From the NCBI GenBank assembly GCA_965287045.1, contig OZ336870.1, positions 148,056,001 through 148,120,000 on the forward strand: 64,000 nucleotides of DNA, written 5' to 3'. Numbering within the stretch: position 1 is the stretch's first letter; the number at the start of each line of letters is the position of its first letter. A program made the position numbers and the translations under genes. The notes beneath the pieces are model-generated. The model saw nothing but the letters and a program-made list of their open reading frames with translations. It did not search any database and had not been told where the DNA came from. The DNA comes from Carcharhinus amblyrhynchos. Lineage: Eukaryota. Below are positions 61,850-64,000 of this stretch, piece by piece.

Positions 61850-62745
61850 CGACCATGACGCAAGGCTCAAACCTAAATCTGGAGTAGAGACGGGGTGTTC
61901 ATCATACCGTTGATACCAACTGACTTTGAGGGACAGATTGGGAAATTAGCAGGCACTGTACCCTTTCAGTCACTTCTGGGACTATGCCTAGAGAAATGGG
62001 TAGAATACTACAGTGAGTTTTTGGACCTGGGATCCGTGAGTCACAAATTTTTTAATGAGAGAAACAGAGGTAAAGGAGAATGTTTGTTGAAACATTGAAA
62101 CAAGAGTTACAGAGTGAGGGGTCAGAGAAAATGAAGTTAAAAAATGAGTTAGAAATAATGGAAGAGTTAGTTGAGAAATTAAGAGAAGAAAATAAGTAAT
62201 TTTGTGGAAAAGTAGATGAGCAAGAACAAAACAATGAGATAAATATATTGTCTATGAGTCAGTTTAAAGTACATCAAGTTAGTGAAAAGAATCCAAGTTC
62301 TGATTACTCCACGTTCCAGCAGGAAATTAATCAATTAAAATCTCAGTTGTCGATACAGATAAGGATGTTGTCTGTGTTGGGACAGTTGAGTCTGAGGGAG
62401 ATGGTGTTTATGGATTGGGTTGTGGATTATATCTGGAAAAGAATGCCCATTTTGCAAGTGGCATTGACTGGGGACCCCCACCTCCTCTTCCGGAGGCACC
62501 TGATCTCACAGTAAGTGTAGAATTTGCCCCTGGTCTGATGAATTCTGTGACTCTTAATTGCAAGGAAGGCATGGAATTATCAGGAGATGTTTGTTGATTA
62601 AAGAATCTCAGCACTCTATATAGTTCTGAATGCAGACTTAACTGTCCCCATCAATGGATAGTCTTGCATTATTAGAAAATGATATGCCCATGAACCCCAT
62701 TAAAACTGACCATGTGGGCTAAGTAGCTTACACCCTCACTAACAT
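61850..62745 (+). pseudogene. degenerate gag-like coiled-coil/proline-rich coding remnant
   Basis: Broken frames LKQELQSEGSEKMKLKNELEIMEELVEKLREENK, DYSTFQQEINQLKSQLSIQ, DWGPPPPLPEAPDL and MPMNPIKT lie downstream of the second PBS. Confidence 0.45.
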
Positions 62746-64000
62746 CACAAAGAACCCCAAGTTGTCCTTTGGTTTTTTTAGAAGGAGGGAGTGTGCAGTA
62801 TGTGTTACAGAATTTTGAGAGAAAGTAACTATATTCTCTCAACTTACTAGGGAATTATTATAAGTTAATTGGCAAGATGGAAAATTGATTAGAGAAAATA
62901 TAAGATTGAGCTAATAATTTGAGTAGTTTCTATATTTCAGTCTGTTTGCGTGGTCTGGTTGCTTGTCGAATGTAGGTGATTGTTGTTGCCTTAGATTAAG
63001 AGCGGGAGTTGTTAAAGCGTCTTTGCTCTTGGGGAGTATTTATTGTGGGCAATAAATGCAATGCTTTACACTTTGGTTTAACTTCAAAGAGGCTGAGGAA
63101 ATATTAAAACTGGTAAAATTTAAGTGTAAGATTTCTTGAATTTACTTCTGTTTTTGAGTTTAATTACAGTTTGGAAGAAAGAAGAATGAAGATGACTGTC
63201 TTAATCTATTTTCTTTATTTTCTTTCAATGTTTTATTTTCATCCCAGTTTAAAATGTTGAATTTGAATGAAAGATAATGTGGAATGCATGTTGAAAGCTT
63301 CTGTGTGGGTGTGTGTGTGTTTAGTAAAGTGGTCGTGTCAATGTTTTTGTTATATTGTTTGCTTTAATGTTTTAATGTTCTTCCCCAAATTGTGATTTTA
63401 CAACAGTGGGTTTGATATAAAGTTTAACCAAAATTTGGAAATTGGATTGGATTAAATTGAAATAAATTTTTGGAATTTCTTAATCTTTTAGGTATAATCA
63501 ATGGCCATGATTGTGCTTAAGAGTTATAGAATATAAATACATAAATAATATATATATGTGGGATGTTACTTTGAACACAATTTTTGGAAAGTAAATTGAT
63601 ATTTCAAAATCAAAGTACATAAATTTAAGCTTGAAATAACCAATTTGAATTTTGAATAATCCTAGGTTCAAATTTTGTTAAGAAAGGATTTAAGCCTTGG
63701 AGGGAACCATGTGCTCTTTCCTTTGTCTTGAAGAAATTGTGACATCATCATATTGGAATGTATTTTATTTCTTGTGTTTTTTTTAACCGGCTAAGATTTC
63801 ACCATCTTCTGTTCCTAATTTGGCAATTAAAAAAGTATATATCTTGGAAGTTGTAAATTTTATCATTTTTTTAATTTGATAGATTTTGAGACCAAATTAA
63901 TTCATTTGGCTCCAAGCCGAAAGTAATTTTTGTGTTTTGTTTTAAATAGATGGCTCGTGAATAACAAGTCTAGCAGCTTCAAGACTCCAAGGTTATTTAT

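Noticed and set aside
1-64000. CRISPR arrays, operons or other prokaryotic systems
   Set aside because: The sequence is vertebrate with spliced genes; no regularly spaced repeat-spacer array was seen.

Overview
Vertebrate genomic DNA, most likely from a cartilaginous fish (shark/ray type), judged by its repeat content: dense CR1 LINEs, HE1-like tRNA SINEs, and Rex1/Babar, Penelope-like, Gypsy and Harbinger remnants. Two host genes lie tail-to-tail and are largely missed by the ORF track because they are spliced. (1) The last six coding exons of ADAD1 (+ strand, 5604-31938), encoding an ADAR-like deaminase domain with a degenerate catalytic site. (2) A complete four-exon, all-phase-0, 145-aa secreted short-chain four-helix cytokine (- strand, 48183-50011). 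Its position next to ADAD1, its exon layout and its promoter identify it as an IL-2 orthologue/IL-2-like gene. The promoter keeps, in mammalian order, a distal NFAT:AP-1 site, an NF-kB site, an almost verbatim CD28RE/AP-1 plus proximal NFAT block, and the TATA box. The right end holds a degenerate LTR/ERV complex with two LTR-primer-binding-site junctions (tRNA-Asn and tRNA-Arg). There is a 100-N assembly gap at 56491-56590. Comparisons with mammalian sequences are from memory, not database searches, and repeat boundaries are approximate.
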